Source: Picochlorum sp. SENEW3 (lineage: Eukaryota). From it: 64,000 bases of DNA. Under the pieces are notes generated by a model, which did no database searches, was not told the origin of the DNA, and saw nothing but the letters and a program-made list of their open reading frames with translations. The position numbers and the translations under genes were made by a program. Of the stretch, positions 1 through 11,600 are shown piece after piece. The DNA is taken from positions 372,001 to 436,000 of the forward strand of contig CP120463.1 in the NCBI GenBank assembly GCA_034226945.1. Reading direction: 5' to 3'. Position 1 is the first letter of the stretch, and each line of letters starts with the position of its first letter.

Positions 1-191
1 TCAAGCCAGTACTTACTGATGCGATGATTGAGCATCTCAGACCAATCCAAGCGAGGTATAACGAGGTGATCAGTGATCAAGCATATCTTGATGCGGTCCT
101 GTCCCAAGGGGCCCAAGCAGCAGCCCATGAGGCCCATGCAACGCTGGACAATGTCCGCAAAGCCATGGGATTCCCTGAGAAATTATACTAG
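1..191 (+). CDS. trpS: 3' end of organellar (bacterial-type) tryptophanyl-tRNA synthetase, partial
   Basis: Frame starting at base 3 reads KPVLTDAMIEHLRPIQARYNEVISDQAYLDAVLSQGAQAAAHEAHATLDNVRKAMGFPEKLY*, resembling the C-terminal anticodon-binding region of plant organellar/bacterial TrpRS. Stop TAG at 189-191. Confidence 0.85.
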   Translation, partial: KPVLTDAMIEHLRPIQARYNEVISDQAYLDAVLSQGAQAAAHEAHATLDNVRKAMGFPEKLY

Positions 192-255
192 CTCCTTCTT
201 CTCATCTGACCTAGATATATATAATTGTAATCTAATTCAATTATTGTATTAAAAA

Positions 256-429
256 ATGCAGCAACAGCCATTTCAGGCACAGCCAGTTCAGCCAGTCGCG
301 TACATTTGTGGCGACTGTGGAGCTGAGAATACTCTTCGGTCTGGAGATGTGATTCGATGCAGAGAATGTGGATACAGAATTTTATATAAGAAGAGAACAA
401 GTCGTGTTGTACAGTATGAAGCTCGGTAG
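256..429 (+). CDS. RPB12: RNA polymerases I/II/III shared subunit RPB12 (RPABC4), 57 aa, absent from the ORF track
   Basis: ATG 256 to TAG 429 gives [57 protein letters not shown], with the RPB12 zinc-ribbon signature YICGDC...[16 protein letters not shown]...YEAR. Confidence 0.97.
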   Translation: MQQQPFQAQPVQPVAYICGDCGAENTLRSGDVIRCRECGYRILYKKRTSRVVQYEAR

Positions 430-570
430 CGATACCAATTGCCATGTCATCTGCATGACTCGATGTTGTTGATGATGAAACATTGTTTCCTGAATAATAA
501 TACGGTATGTCATGTCGCACGACTACTATAGATTTAAGAGATATTAAGAGACATTGGTGGTGGTGGAGGT

Positions 571-692
571 GAACCGATGATGAAACACTGCAACTTCTCA
601 CAACGGTCTGCTGAGTGTGTTTTTCTCTTCCTCTCTTTTGGGGAGAAGGCACGCACGAGGCTGAGACACTGTCATGCTAATCTGATAGGTTT
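571..692 (+). ncRNA. Box C/D snoRNA, U35/snR73 family candidate
   Basis: Box C ATGATGA 577-583. Guide TCTCACAACGGTCTG precedes D' CTGA 611-614 and is complementary (1 mismatch) to LSU UAGACCGUCGUGAGA; the +5 rule gives the yeast Cm2959 equivalent. Internal hairpin 615-655, C' AGGCTGA 658-664, D CTGA 682-685, terminal GAACC/GGTTT stem. Lies within a GTATGT(505)...TGCAG(784) intron. Confidence 0.8.
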
Positions 693-1348
693 ATATACTA
701 CTACGCTCACACATGTATCTCTTTGGGAAATCTAGAATATGGGGAATGTAGTGATGATACTCACATGTTGTGAATGTGTTGCAGAGTTGTGTGATGGCCT
801 GCCTGCTGCTTCGTGCACTATGGAATAGACGACTGTGATGTTTGGTTTCTCGAATGGTTCGTGGAAAAGTATAATGAAATGCTGAAAATACTCAAGTATT
901 GGTAGTCTTTGTGCACCGTTCCAGAGTCAAGATTGCAAAGCAAAGGGCAGCAACTCTCCATGTCATTAAAATTAGGTGGATTCAAGTCATCATACTGATG
1001 ACTGGTGGCGGAGCGTGTGCGATTGATTTGATTATTGCTGCAAAGCAATCCTTGCGTGAGGGGTGGATTCAATGTTTGAAATTGGACACTCACATGTCAT
1101 GATGTGGAACTCTGCTTCTACCAGTACTACCAGAGCAGCTGCTGCAGCAGGGAGCGGATTTGAATGTTCAACAACTGGCAGTTGACAACTGCATCTATGC
1201 TACTACTGTTAGGATGGATAGATATCTTGAACTTGAAAGTTATTATTAATGTAACTATATATATAAAATTGAGTATAAGAATCTCACCACGTAGTAGGGA
1301 GTAGAAGAAGAGCACTGTTGCAAAAGACCAGTATCTCTCAACTCTACA

Positions 1349-2146
1349 ATGACCGACTCCACACGGAAAAGCGAGGCCGAGAGGTGCCTTGAGATGCTTA
1401 TGAAGGCCAGTAAAAATACTACAAGTAAATCGTATATTGATCTCTCGAGGAAAAGAGGTCGACCAAAGAAGAAGAACACGTGCGCTGTGACTGAGGTTGT
1501 TGACTTGACAAACTCTTCAGACTCGATTGTCGAGAATCAAGATGCCAATAAAAATAATAGTGGTACGAGGAAGAAAAAATATATTAAATGGACTAGTGAA
1601 GATAAGCGACTGCTTTTGGAAAAGTATCAGAGTTTCAAAGACAAGGGGCGGAAGAATCCTCTTGCAGCAACTGTGAGGTATTTTGGAAGGCACAGGGTGT
1701 CTACGAGTGGTGTGGAGTATCCAAGCTACTATCAAAATCTGAACGAGTCAAATTTGCGTGGTTGGATAAAGAGGAAAGATGACAGTGGCTGCAGAAGGGC
1801 TGGGAGGCCACCAGTTCTGAAACCTGAAACTGTCAAGGCATGTGAGGCTTTTGTCTTGAGTCGGTTTGAAAACATTGGTGTTACGAATGATGGCACATCA
1901 GGTATGGCTAATAATGTTAATAATAAAACAGGTACAGGTGATGCCATGAGTTCGCGGACATTGAAGCCACTGATACAAGATGTGATTCGGCGCATGGGAG
2001 AAGGAGATAAACTAGATGACAAAACATTCACTGTGAGTACAACATGGGTGAACAAATTGTGTAGAAGAATTGGTATCCGCATGAGATGTAGAACCAAAGG
2101 GGCAATCAAAGAGCCTAATGATGAGAATAAAAAAACATTACAATGA
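1349..2146 (+). CDS. Pogo/Tigger/CENP-B-type HTH DNA-binding protein (transposase-derived, no DDE domain)
   Basis: AT-hook-like KRGRPKKK, an HTH-like block starting WTSEDKRLLLEKY, linker RAGRPPVL, and FTVSTTWVNKLCRRIGIRMRCRT resembling the Tc5/CENP-B HTH motif F.AS.GW..RF..R.G...R..T. The ORF stops right after this motif. Confidence 0.65.
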   Translation: MTDSTRKSEAERCLEMLMKASKNTTSKSYIDLSRKRGRPKKKNTCAVTEVVDLTNSSDSIVENQDANKNNSGTRKKKYIKWTSEDKRLLLEKYQSFKDKGRKNPLAATVRYFGRHRVSTSGVEYPSYYQNLNESNLRGWIKRKDDSGCRRAGRPPVLKPETVKACEAFVLSRFENIGVTNDGTSGMANNVNNKTGTGDAMSSRTLKPLIQDVIRRMGEGDKLDDKTFTVSTTWVNKLCRRIGIRMRCRTKGAIKEPNDENKKTLQ

Positions 2147-2158
2147 AACGTGAGAACA

Positions 2159-3922
2159 TTATGAGGAAGCAGCAGCAGCAGCAGTTGTCTTTTTGGCGGC
2201 GGCAGCAGCAGCTAATGATGGGACATCGTCCACAATTTTATATGCGCATTGTCTTCCAGACAAGGTTGCACCTTCCATCGAGTCGATATAATCTTGCTTT
2301 GTGTAACTTCCTGCCAGATAAAAGTTTGGTACTGGGGTTTTCTGGTCTGGGCGGAATGGATCCATGCCTGGGGCTTCTCTGTACAGACTCTGTCCAATCT
2401 TGACCACGGAATTCCACGTCATGGTGAGTCCTCGTGATGATGGGAAGAGTTTTCTGACCTGTGCGTCAACCTCGGCAGCAATGTCTTCGTTTGTCTTGGA
2501 CATGTATGGGTCTGCTGGGGTGAGGACACACTGCATCAGGGAACCCTCTCCTTCCTTGTAATAATCCACAGGAGATGTCAATGCGAGATCTGCAAAGCAT
2601 GAGAAATCGGCATCCGCGCTATATAATAAATTATTCAGACCATATCCTTGGCCCCCTCCAACCTTTCTTGAGAGCTCAATATCCTTCATTTCGGTCACCC
2701 ATCCATCATATCTGAGCTGTACTGTGATGACTGGAACACCAACCAGTTTGAAGATGTTGTCGAAAAAGGCATCAGATCTCCATTCTTGTGGGATCAATTT
2801 CTTTGCTCCTGGTACATCCAATGCTGCTACATATGCATCGGCTGTAATAATCTTCTCCTCGCCTGCCTTGGAGAGACGAAGACCAGACACTTCTGTTGGC
2901 TTTCCATTCGCATCCGTCTCATACATGACTTCCCTGCATCCCCATCTGGTATGAATTCGTCCTCCCTTTTGAGTAATATAGTCGGCGATTGGTGCTAACA
3001 AGCGATCAGCTGGGGATCCATTCAACATTCTCAGGGCAGATGCATCCGTCTTTGTGGCAAAGAATTGGAAGATTGAAAGCATGCATCGTGCCGAGATATC
3101 ATTGCAGTCAAGGAATCCCAATGCGTATGCGATTGGATCCCACATTCGGTCGATAGATGCTTGACTTCCACCATGGCTCTTGAACCAGTCAGAGAAGGAT
3201 ACATCATCCAGTGCACGCACATCCCTCATCCCGCCTTCTGGATCGAACAACGATCGTACGATAGGTGAGGTACCTAATGCAAGAGAGTTGGCTACTTTAT
3301 CAACTGGAGACAGCTGTGGGGTGGTGAAGAAGGCTCTCAGTCCATGGAATGGAGCCCCAATCTTTGTGTCACCAATAAAGAAACGAAAATCCAACTCGCG
3401 TACGTCCCCACCAGCATTACAGAATGTATGTGTGTGTTCCTTTAACAACAAGTTCTCCAACACACCGCACTTTGCCATGAGACGGAACAAGTTGAAATAG
3501 CATCCAAAGAACACATGCAACCCCATCTCGATATGGTTCCCATCTTTATCCTGGAAGGACGCAACCTTGCCTCCAATCCAAGGCCTGCTCTCGTAAATAT
3601 CCACCTCATGGCCCTGCTCTAACAACTCGACAGCCGTCGACAGACCAGCAAGCCCACTCCCCACGATGGCCACCTTGAGTTTGGGTGCCCCAGGCGCTGG
3701 CGCTGGCGGTGCCTCTGGAAACAAAGATCGAAGAGGCACATCCTTCAGCCCAACATCCTCCACACTACCAACATTGGATTTTGATGGAGCAGTAACAGCG
3801 CATTGCACGTGTGTATATCCACGATCACGTCTGGACAAGACTGAGCGTTTCTCGCCACGTGCCCCAACACCACACAGACTTCCATACCTTCCCTGATGGG
3901 ACAATGTACCAGACAAATGCAT
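2159..3922 (-). CDS. ZDS: Zeta-carotene desaturase, plastid-targeted
   Basis: [51 protein letters not shown] and [20 protein letters not shown]-terminal transit-peptide-like region. Confidence 0.97.
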   Translation of the reverse strand: MHLSGTLSHQGRYGSLCGVGARGEKRSVLSRRDRGYTHVQCAVTAPSKSNVGSVEDVGLKDVPLRSLFPEAPPAPAPGAPKLKVAIVGSGLAGLSTAVELLEQGHEVDIYESRPWIGGKVASFQDKDGNHIEMGLHVFFGCYFNLFRLMAKCGVLENLLLKEHTHTFCNAGGDVRELDFRFFIGDTKIGAPFHGLRAFFTTPQLSPVDKVANSLALGTSPIVRSLFDPEGGMRDVRALDDVSFSDWFKSHGGSQASIDRMWDPIAYALGFLDCNDISARCMLSIFQFFATKTDASALRMLNGSPADRLLAPIADYITQKGGRIHTRWGCREVMYETDANGKPTEVSGLRLSKAGEEKIITADAYVAALDVPGAKKLIPQEWRSDAFFDNIFKLVGVPVITVQLRYDGWVTEMKDIELSRKVGGGQGYGLNNLLYSADADFSCFADLALTSPVDYYKEGEGSLMQCVLTPADPYMSKTNEDIAAEVDAQVRKLFPSSRGLTMTWNSVVKIGQSLYREAPGMDPFRPDQKTPVPNFYLAGSYTKQDYIDSMEGATLSGRQCAYKIVDDVPSLAAAAAAKKTTAAAAASS

Positions 3923-4190
3923 TATGATTTGGATTTATATGGTATAATCAATCACTCAGGGATCTGGAATGCCTCTTTGAGAGATACGCTGTTGAATCAC
4001 CGAGTCAAGGAATGGAACAACCAGATATCCCAAAAAATTGACCTCGTTGATCGAGACAATGTAGTCTAATGCGTATTTATAGTAATAAATTAAACTTTAC
4101 GTCGCACATTGGCGATTATATGCACATTCACGATGCTTCTCTCATGTTGCCCATTCATGGTGGATTGGCTAATGCTGAATCTACTCATGG

Positions 4191-5884
4191 TCAGGGATGG
4201 TTGATCCTTATGGCAATCCTTGGAAGGACAAGGTGGAGATATAGAAAGACAGAGAGTCCTTCGAGAAGAAGACTTCCAACGACACGAGTCCAGATGGTAT
4301 CAAACAACAGGATGGATGCATAGGCTGGATATACAAACAATGCCACAGCCACAGCATATAGGAGTATGATGTGCTTGTTGCCATGGTCTTCCTTAACGGT
4401 GGCGCTTCTCTTCTCTTGCATGATGAATGGATAGTCTCCTTCTGGAGGCAACTGTACACTGCTGTCTCCACCATGAGTGTCAGGAGCATCATACCAGAGG
4501 AAATGCTCAAGGCATATGTTGTTGATCAATGGTATCATCAGGCTGAATAGAAGGAAAAAAGCTGCGCATCCTGCCCATGGACTGAGCTGTTGAGGAGTTG
4601 CGTAAAATGCAATGACAGCAGATACAACCAGGCTCAACAACCCATATGCTGTTAGTGCAAGGTGCATCCCACTGCACATCCTTCTATTGCTCTTGTGTGT
4701 ATGGATACATTGATCATTCGTCATACATAGTGTGCTGGGGAGAAGGATTGTACTCTTATGCGATGCTGCCTTGGCGGTCTTTTTGCTCCTCTTTTTGCTC
4801 TTCTTCTTCTGTGTTCCTTGGGGAAAAATCATGCGTCGATATCCCATACCAAGCAATGCCACACACATGCCATAGACATACCATTCCCTCATATCATACC
4901 TATGATCCATCATCGAAGTATGTTGCTGAATACTCCGAGATGGTGTCTGAATAGGCAATGCCACTGGCCCACCAGGATGCAATGCCTGACGAAATGCCAA
5001 CCAGGGGGCCATGGCATCATGACCAAGCACCCAATAACTCCACCATGCCCACGGCTTCACAGGCCCCAATGTATAATGAATAACACGTACAGTATCTATT
5101 GCCCAACGATTTCTATTCAGCACAAACAGACCCAGATCCGCATTGTACTGTGTTGGCAGCCTGCCCATGGTCAGCTTGCCCTGTGTCGTATTCTTACTAC
5201 TGTCCAGCAACATCCCCCTTTCGGGATAAAACATTGGTGCTTCTGCAAATCCTTTTAAATATTCATTCAAAAAACCTTGATCGCCCCCCGTATACGATGG
5301 CATACCCTTGATATGTGATAGCATATCATCCACATCAAATGCAGCAGGCTGTATTGCCATGACACCACTGTTAAACCGCTCTGAATGCCGCAGCACAGCA
5401 CAGAATCCATTGCATAGAAACAAGGAATCAATATTTTCTACAACTATCGTATCTGCATCGAGAAAGACGATGCGATCATACGTTGTATCCCCAAATATCC
5501 TCAGCTTTGTATACACTCCAGAAAACTTGGGAGGAAACACATCCCCTGGATTTTGAACAATCTCCGACGTCCGAACCTTCCATCCATCCTGCTCTAAAAT
5601 TGATATTGTATCGTGTCGGATTGGACCCGCGACAATCGCGACGCGATCCGCCCGTGCACCGCTCGCTTGTAGACTTTGCCCCAAAACCTGCACCAGTCAT
5701 CCTTCTCATCCAGTCAGAGGACCAGCATCGTCAGAATACCAAGAATACAACGCACACGAAGTCCGAGAAGGAATTCATCTCCATACAAGAGAGACACGTA
5801 TGCCCACGGTGGTGGCTCCGCCTCTGCATCTTTTTTTTTCCCACGCCGCTGAGCAGCAATAGCAGGCGTCATGGGTGAGTCCAT
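4191..5884 (-). CDS. IPUT1: GT8 glycosyltransferase, IPUT1/PGSIP6-like (inositol phosphorylceramide glucuronosyltransferase); exons 5756-5884 and 4191-5687
   Basis: Splicing the 68-nt GTGCGT...GCAG intron (5755-5688) gives AYVSLLYGDEFLLGLR|VLGQS. Also GVYTKLRIF, FLDADT, HSERFNSGVM, SYTGGDQGFLN, HYTLGPVKPW and C-terminal TM helices. Confidence 0.88.
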
Positions 5885-6259
5885 GCTCCACAGTATCCTT
5901 GTACCTATGCTGCTCTAATCGTCATAAAATATTCATCGGTATTTTCATCCAAAGTGACATGTGTATACAAATACACGTGCCTCGAGTATCTCGAAAGGAA
6001 GAAATAGCGGTTATGCGATGCATTATGCGATGCATAGTGGTGACGTGTCCAACGTTGTCGTTGGAGTCTGACCAGAGCGCCCTCAATATTCCTAATTTAG
6101 ACAGATCTTAACTTCTTGGAAGAGAGATCTTGGGTTGCTTTTGACTCATATTCATGCAAGTATGGAATCAGATTGCGATGGTTCTTTTTAAATATTAACT
6201 ATGAGTACTAATTTGATATCGTCATTCGTATGATATGAGCCTAGTACCTTGTCGTTGTG

Positions 6260-8677
6260 ATGTTGGGTCGGGTTTTGAACGGTTGTCGTCAGATACGAGT
6301 GTGTCGTCGTCTGGGAGCAACGCATCTGATTGGCTTGGAGAATCCTCATGACGTACCTCTTAGAATTTCGGATTCATCTTGCCATGGACAGACCATCTGC
6401 GATGCAGTAACACCCGTGCGGTCTCTTTTTGGTTCTGCTTTTGAAGGAAAAAGCAAGAAACCATTCCATCAACCTCTCTGGAATGGCACTTCATGGTATC
6501 ATGGGACACGGGCAGATGATGATGGTGGTGGTTCTGAACGAGCTGTTGGTTGCTTTGCCGGCGTTGCTGGGGTGCATGAGGCAGGTGATTGGGAAGGGTT
6601 GGCTGTGAGGACAGAAGAGGCGTGTAGGGGTTTGATTGATGATGTCATCATGTCGGATCCTGGTCCGGATGTGGTGCGAAAGCTGGATGAGATATCGGAT
6701 GTATTGTGTCGGACAATGGACGCGGCCGAGTTCTGTCGGCATGTGCATGGAGAGGAGGTGTGGAGGCAGGCAGCTCATATGGCATGTGTTCGGCTGGGAG
6801 GGTTTGTGCAGGAGTTGAATACCCATGTGGGCTTGTACAGTGCTTTATGTCGTGCCTTGGATACCATGCGTGGGGGTGAAAATAATAATAATACACGTAT
6901 GTCGCATGGCAATCAAGACGTACAGGATGACGAGAACATGTATGTGGGGGAGATGCTCAAAAGGGATTTTGAGAGATTTGGAGTGCACCTGCAGGGAAAA
7001 GAGAAGGATGATATGACCGAATTGATTGGTAGTATTCACAACGCTGGGCATTCATATATGCAGAATACAATAGATGCAAAGAAGACAGGAGAGATTATTG
7101 TGGATGAGAGGGCGTGTTCGAAGGAGGTTGGTCGGTTGGTGCAGCGTGATGCAAAGGTGGGATTGGATGCTGTGTTTCAGAGGGATGGGATGTTGGGGGA
7201 TTGTATACTGCGTGCGCCTGGGGATTCTAGAACATGTCATGGTATTTTATGGCACTGTGATGTGGAAGAGGTTCGTAAAGCTGCGTATAAGACCTATGCA
7301 TCGTATCCAAGGGAGAATGCAGGGATTGCGAGGGATCTGTTGCATGCGAGACGGCAGGTGGCTGATATTATGGGGTATTCGTCGTTTGCGGCGTATCAAC
7401 TGGATGGATTTAGTCTAGGGAATACACCTGAAGCAATCGATGTGTTTTTAAAGGAGGTGAATAGTGCGTTGAAAGAGTCTATCGCAGAGGAAAAGGAGAG
7501 GCTGTTGGCATGGAAAATGTCCTTGTATCAACAAGGACATGGTGGTGGGCATGAGGTACTTCAGCCATGGGACAGGGATTGGGGGATTCAGCAGACGCTG
7601 CCGAAAGAATGTGTAACAGCGTTGCAGAGTTTAGGTGATATGGTTACTGTTCCAGGGTTTTTGCTTGGGATGAGTGCGCTGATGGAGCAGGTGATGAATG
7701 TGAAGTTGGTGGTGAGAAGCATGATGCCGGGTGAATCGTGGGCAGACGGGGTAATGAAGGTGTGTGCGTATGATTCCCACACAGATGAAAAGTTTGGTAC
7801 TATATATGTGGATTTATTCCAAAGACCTGGGAAATTTGGTGGTGCGGCGTTGTTTACGCTGCAGTGTGGACGGCAAAGGGGTGATGGGATGTACCAGTTG
7901 CCCAAGGCAGCTCTTGTGGCAAATCTGTCCTCTGATAGATATTTAAGTTTTGGTGATCTCGAGACGCTGTGTCACGAGTTTGGTCATGCAATGCACTCTA
8001 TTTTATCTCGAACACGGTTGCAGCATTTGTCCGGGACCCGTGGTCCGCAGGATATTATTGAAGTGCCATCACATGTGTTTGAGAGGTTTGCAAGTCACCC
8101 TGTTGCACTTGAATTAATGGTCAAACATTCTGGAAAAGGCCATGGGTCTGTCCCAGCTGAACTGATGAGAAACTTGAGTATCAAAAAGAAACATTGTGCG
8201 GCGTTGAAGTTGCAGAATACAATCGAGACGTGCTTATTGGATCAGTACATGCACAGCGACAGGGTGGGCTCTCGTGGTTTTGGGACAGCAGAAGATCTGG
8301 AGCATTTTATGTTGGAGCACGGTGTGGAGCAGTATGGAGGTAAATCGTATCCTCCGTTGCGGTTTTCGCATCTTGTAGGATATGCTGGAAATTATTACAG
8401 TTATCTGTTTGCAAATTGCATTGCCTCACAGGTCTGGGATGGTTTGGAAGAGCATGGGATGCCATCGACTGATGTGATGCATAGGCGGATGCTAGCCTGC
8501 GGGGGGTCGAAACCAGCAAAGCAGTATGTCGAGGATCTTTTGGTCGGTGATGCTGGAACAAAAGCGCTAGTGGGCGTGAAGGGGTCGACATCAGATACGG
8601 TGACTGGGGGATACTATCCTGATTTTCATGCATACTTGAGGGACATGAACATTTTGAGACATGGTACTGCTACATGA
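6260..8677 (+). CDS. MIP: Mitochondrial intermediate peptidase (M3 family)
   Basis: HEFGHAMHS zinc motif, LDEISDVLCRTMDAAEFCR, HLSGTRGPQDIIEVPSH, FSHLVGYAGNYYSYL; Arg-rich presequence-like N-terminus. Confidence 0.92.
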   Translation: MLGRVLNGCRQIRVCRRLGATHLIGLENPHDVPLRISDSSCHGQTICDAVTPVRSLFGSAFEGKSKKPFHQPLWNGTSWYHGTRADDDGGGSERAVGCFAGVAGVHEAGDWEGLAVRTEEACRGLIDDVIMSDPGPDVVRKLDEISDVLCRTMDAAEFCRHVHGEEVWRQAAHMACVRLGGFVQELNTHVGLYSALCRALDTMRGGENNNNTRMSHGNQDVQDDENMYVGEMLKRDFERFGVHLQGKEKDDMTELIGSIHNAGHSYMQNTIDAKKTGEIIVDERACSKEVGRLVQRDAKVGLDAVFQRDGMLGDCILRAPGDSRTCHGILWHCDVEEVRKAAYKTYASYPRENAGIARDLLHARRQVADIMGYSSFAAYQLDGFSLGNTPEAIDVFLKEVNSALKESIAEEKERLLAWKMSLYQQGHGGGHEVLQPWDRDWGIQQTLPKECVTALQSLGDMVTVPGFLLGMSALMEQVMNVKLVVRSMMPGESWADGVMKVCAYDSHTDEKFGTIYVDLFQRPGKFGGAALFTLQCGRQRGDGMYQLPKAALVANLSSDRYLSFGDLETLCHEFGHAMHSILSRTRLQHLSGTRGPQDIIEVPSHVFERFASHPVALELMVKHSGKGHGSVPAELMRNLSIKKKHCAALKLQNTIETCLLDQYMHSDRVGSRGFGTAEDLEHFMLEHGVEQYGGKSYPPLRFSHLVGYAGNYYSYLFANCIASQVWDGLEEHGMPSTDVMHRRMLACGGSKPAKQYVEDLLVGDAGTKALVGVKGSTSDTVTGGYYPDFHAYLRDMNILRHGTAT

Positions 8678-8688
8678 TACCCTGTATA

Positions 8689-11600
8689 TTATGAATTTTC
8701 TTTTTTGGAGTTTGGCATGTAAGTTGACGTCATTCCTTCGAGTGCGCTTCTGATTCTCGTCTGTGCCAGATGAGGGAGCTCTGTCAAACACTGTCCTGTA
8801 CCAGCTGCCTCCGCTCGCCTGGCAATGATTGCTGCGGCCGTCATTTTGACGCAGGGGCCCCACGCGTCTGGAAGCAGCAGCTCTACGGTGCTTTTAGAGC
8901 ATTTCTGTATCGTATCTCGAAGTGCCTTTATTGATGCAGCTCGCACAGTATCATACAATGTTGACCGGAAGAGATTATCAGCTGATGTGCAAACAGCCTC
9001 AAGTTTCTGCTTGTCAACTCTACCCTTGGAGGCATTATTTGTCTGAGAAATAACACATGATGCAGCATACTGTTCTAGCTGCTCCTTCATCTCATTCTCA
9101 AAGATTGCACAGCATGATGTGACAGCCTGATCCAGACCAGCAGCAACACCCTTGCGGGCAATGGCATCAGAGCACCAGGCTACAAAGTCTCTCAATTTAA
9201 TATCTGTCACCTTTGTTGACGTACTATACTGATCCAAAAATACTTTTTCTAGTTCTATTAATACTTGCTGGTGCGACACGGGCGCGGTAGTGGTCTCCTT
9301 CTGTGCTACAAGAGCCGTTGATGTCTGGGTCACCTGGCTTGGTGCTGTGGGTGTAATCTTTCTCACTCGTCTCGGTACTTGTGTAGAATCAAGAGATCCT
9401 ATACTCTTTTTCGAGAAAAATTTCCCCAAAGAGGACAGATCAGGACAGGCCGTCTCTACATAGCGACGACCGAGGTTTGCATTTGCCCACACAATATCTT
9501 CCCTGAGGATACTATCCACCCATGATTTTGTCTGTCCACCAGGTGTGTCTGCTCGCTCCATATACGGCTGAAACTGCCACGCAAGATCATCCAAAATAGA
9601 TCGTAAAGAAAGGCACGCGATACCTCTAAAGCTACGACTTCTTGCCTGCAAATAGGGATGCCTTCTGATACCTCCAACTATTGAGAAAACTCTCTGAAAG
9701 TACAATGATTCAGCTGCTTTCTTGTTCCACGATAGAAACTTCAAATACCGGGATATCCAAGGCATTATCTTATATAGCATCCCAAGGCGCGAGTCATGCG
9801 GTGGAGACTCCAAACACAAGTTGAGATAATATAGGACATCCAAGTGATGCGTGCCATCATAATCACCATTACAACACCTGCTCTGGACTCCCACACTGTC
9901 GCCCTTTGTAAATGACAGGTACCCCAAAAATCCAGCTAAAGCAGTTGTAGATATACAAATCTCATCAATACCAAGAAGGCCCCCGCTATCGAGAGACGTG
10001 GGCGCATCATCAGGGGAACACTGGACAAGATGTTCCAGTTTGGCCCTCATGACACGTATTAAACTCATATCAAGTCTGTGACTATCACTCGCCTCCAAAA
10101 ACAACACAAAAGGGCGTAGAGATTTTGTAAATTCTCCAGCAACATTGAGAGCATGCTCTGCTGATTGATCAACCTGTGTCCTCTTTGACATGTACGAGAC
10201 CCTTCCCTTTGACTGTCTATTCTGGTAGTCATTCCTTGGCCCTCCAAATCCAGGCTTTTTCGAGTCATTCTGCAACTGAAATCTCTTATTCAACGATTGG
10301 AATCGAGACACATTTTGTTTTGCGATTCCTGTGAGTTCTTCATCCATCAACGCCTCACCAGTCGCTGCAGCCTGCAGCACAGCAGCAACAAAGAGTTCCG
10401 CAAATGCCTCATAATTATCGAGCCTCAGGCCTCTCAAAAGCCGAGACGATTCTTCTTGAAGCAATTTGAGCACAGTAGCCTCGCCATGGCGTTCTTCAGG
10501 CACGTGATGATGACCAATCTTCCCAGCCCCATGCTGCTGTAGCTCGCTCAGCGATGTTGACTGACGCACAGCCTCCTTCATCAATTTGAACCAACTATCA
10601 CGAAATGCCTCTCTATTCGACAATTTACGTTGTCCATCTGGACTTTTCTTCCTATTCATGTCGTCATCGTTTAAAAACACATTCAATCCCGTATGACCTG
10701 TCAAACAGCCAGTATTCTTTTGTGTGTGAAATGAGGGAGACTGCACCAGCCCACCCCATGGCTCATGCCGCTCTAGCGTGTCCATCACTATATTCTTGAG
10801 CTTTCGAATCTCTTCTATCTGTACATTTCTAGAGATGACATCAATATATGCATTCATATCCTGCAGCACTTTCACACCAAGGCCTAGCACAAGATTCCCC
10901 GCATGCAACAAAACACATGCAGCATACTGCACCGCATCCATTCCACACGTAAATCCATCTATTCCTAGAGACACATCATGATTTTCCTTCTTCTTCTCAC
11001 TCGCCGACACATCAACAGTGAGCATCTGAAACAAAAAGCTAATCTCTGATGTCATAAACATGGTGGAGGACAGTCCAAGCACACGCCCATGGAGGCACGC
11101 AAGCCTCTTCAACCCATCACCAAGCGCATGACTTATATCAACAATTTCAGATTGCAGGCTGTGCTCTTCTTCCTCCAGTGTCATTCTCCCAACCGCCAAT
11201 GCACCATCATCCATTCTTGACTGTGCTTTCTTCTTCCAGCCCTGCTCTGGCGTGTCAAATCCAGACCGAGAAGCCATGATACGTTCCACTCGACTCGATC
11301 CAACTACACTATTCTTATTATTATTATCTTCCTCATCCTTCTTCGTCTTCTTGGTCCAAGAAAAGGAAGAAGAAGAAGAAGAAGAAGTAGCAGGCCACGC
11401 AGGTGCCCCAACTGATTCTTCATCCACCAGAAACTTGGTATTAATCTCCACAGACTGCACTGCAGTGGGCACAATCCTCCTTTTCGATTCCTTAGAGTTC
11501 ATTACATTCCTCCCACTTCCCGCCCTCGGCGACGCAATCCTCGCCTCCAACCTCGGAAACTCCTTCTCAGACGCAACCTGTACCACACCTCGACCACTCT

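Noticed and set aside
471..493. ATGATGA...CTGA resembling a C/D snoRNA
   Set aside because: Boxes are only ~10 nt apart, with no guide or terminal stem.
188..652. 154-aa minus-strand ORF
   Set aside because: Antisense shadow of RPB12 and the snoRNA; no recognisable domain.
785..1315. Short ORFs upstream of the HTH gene as possible transposase fragments
   Set aside because: No DDE motif or terminal inverted repeats could be recognised.
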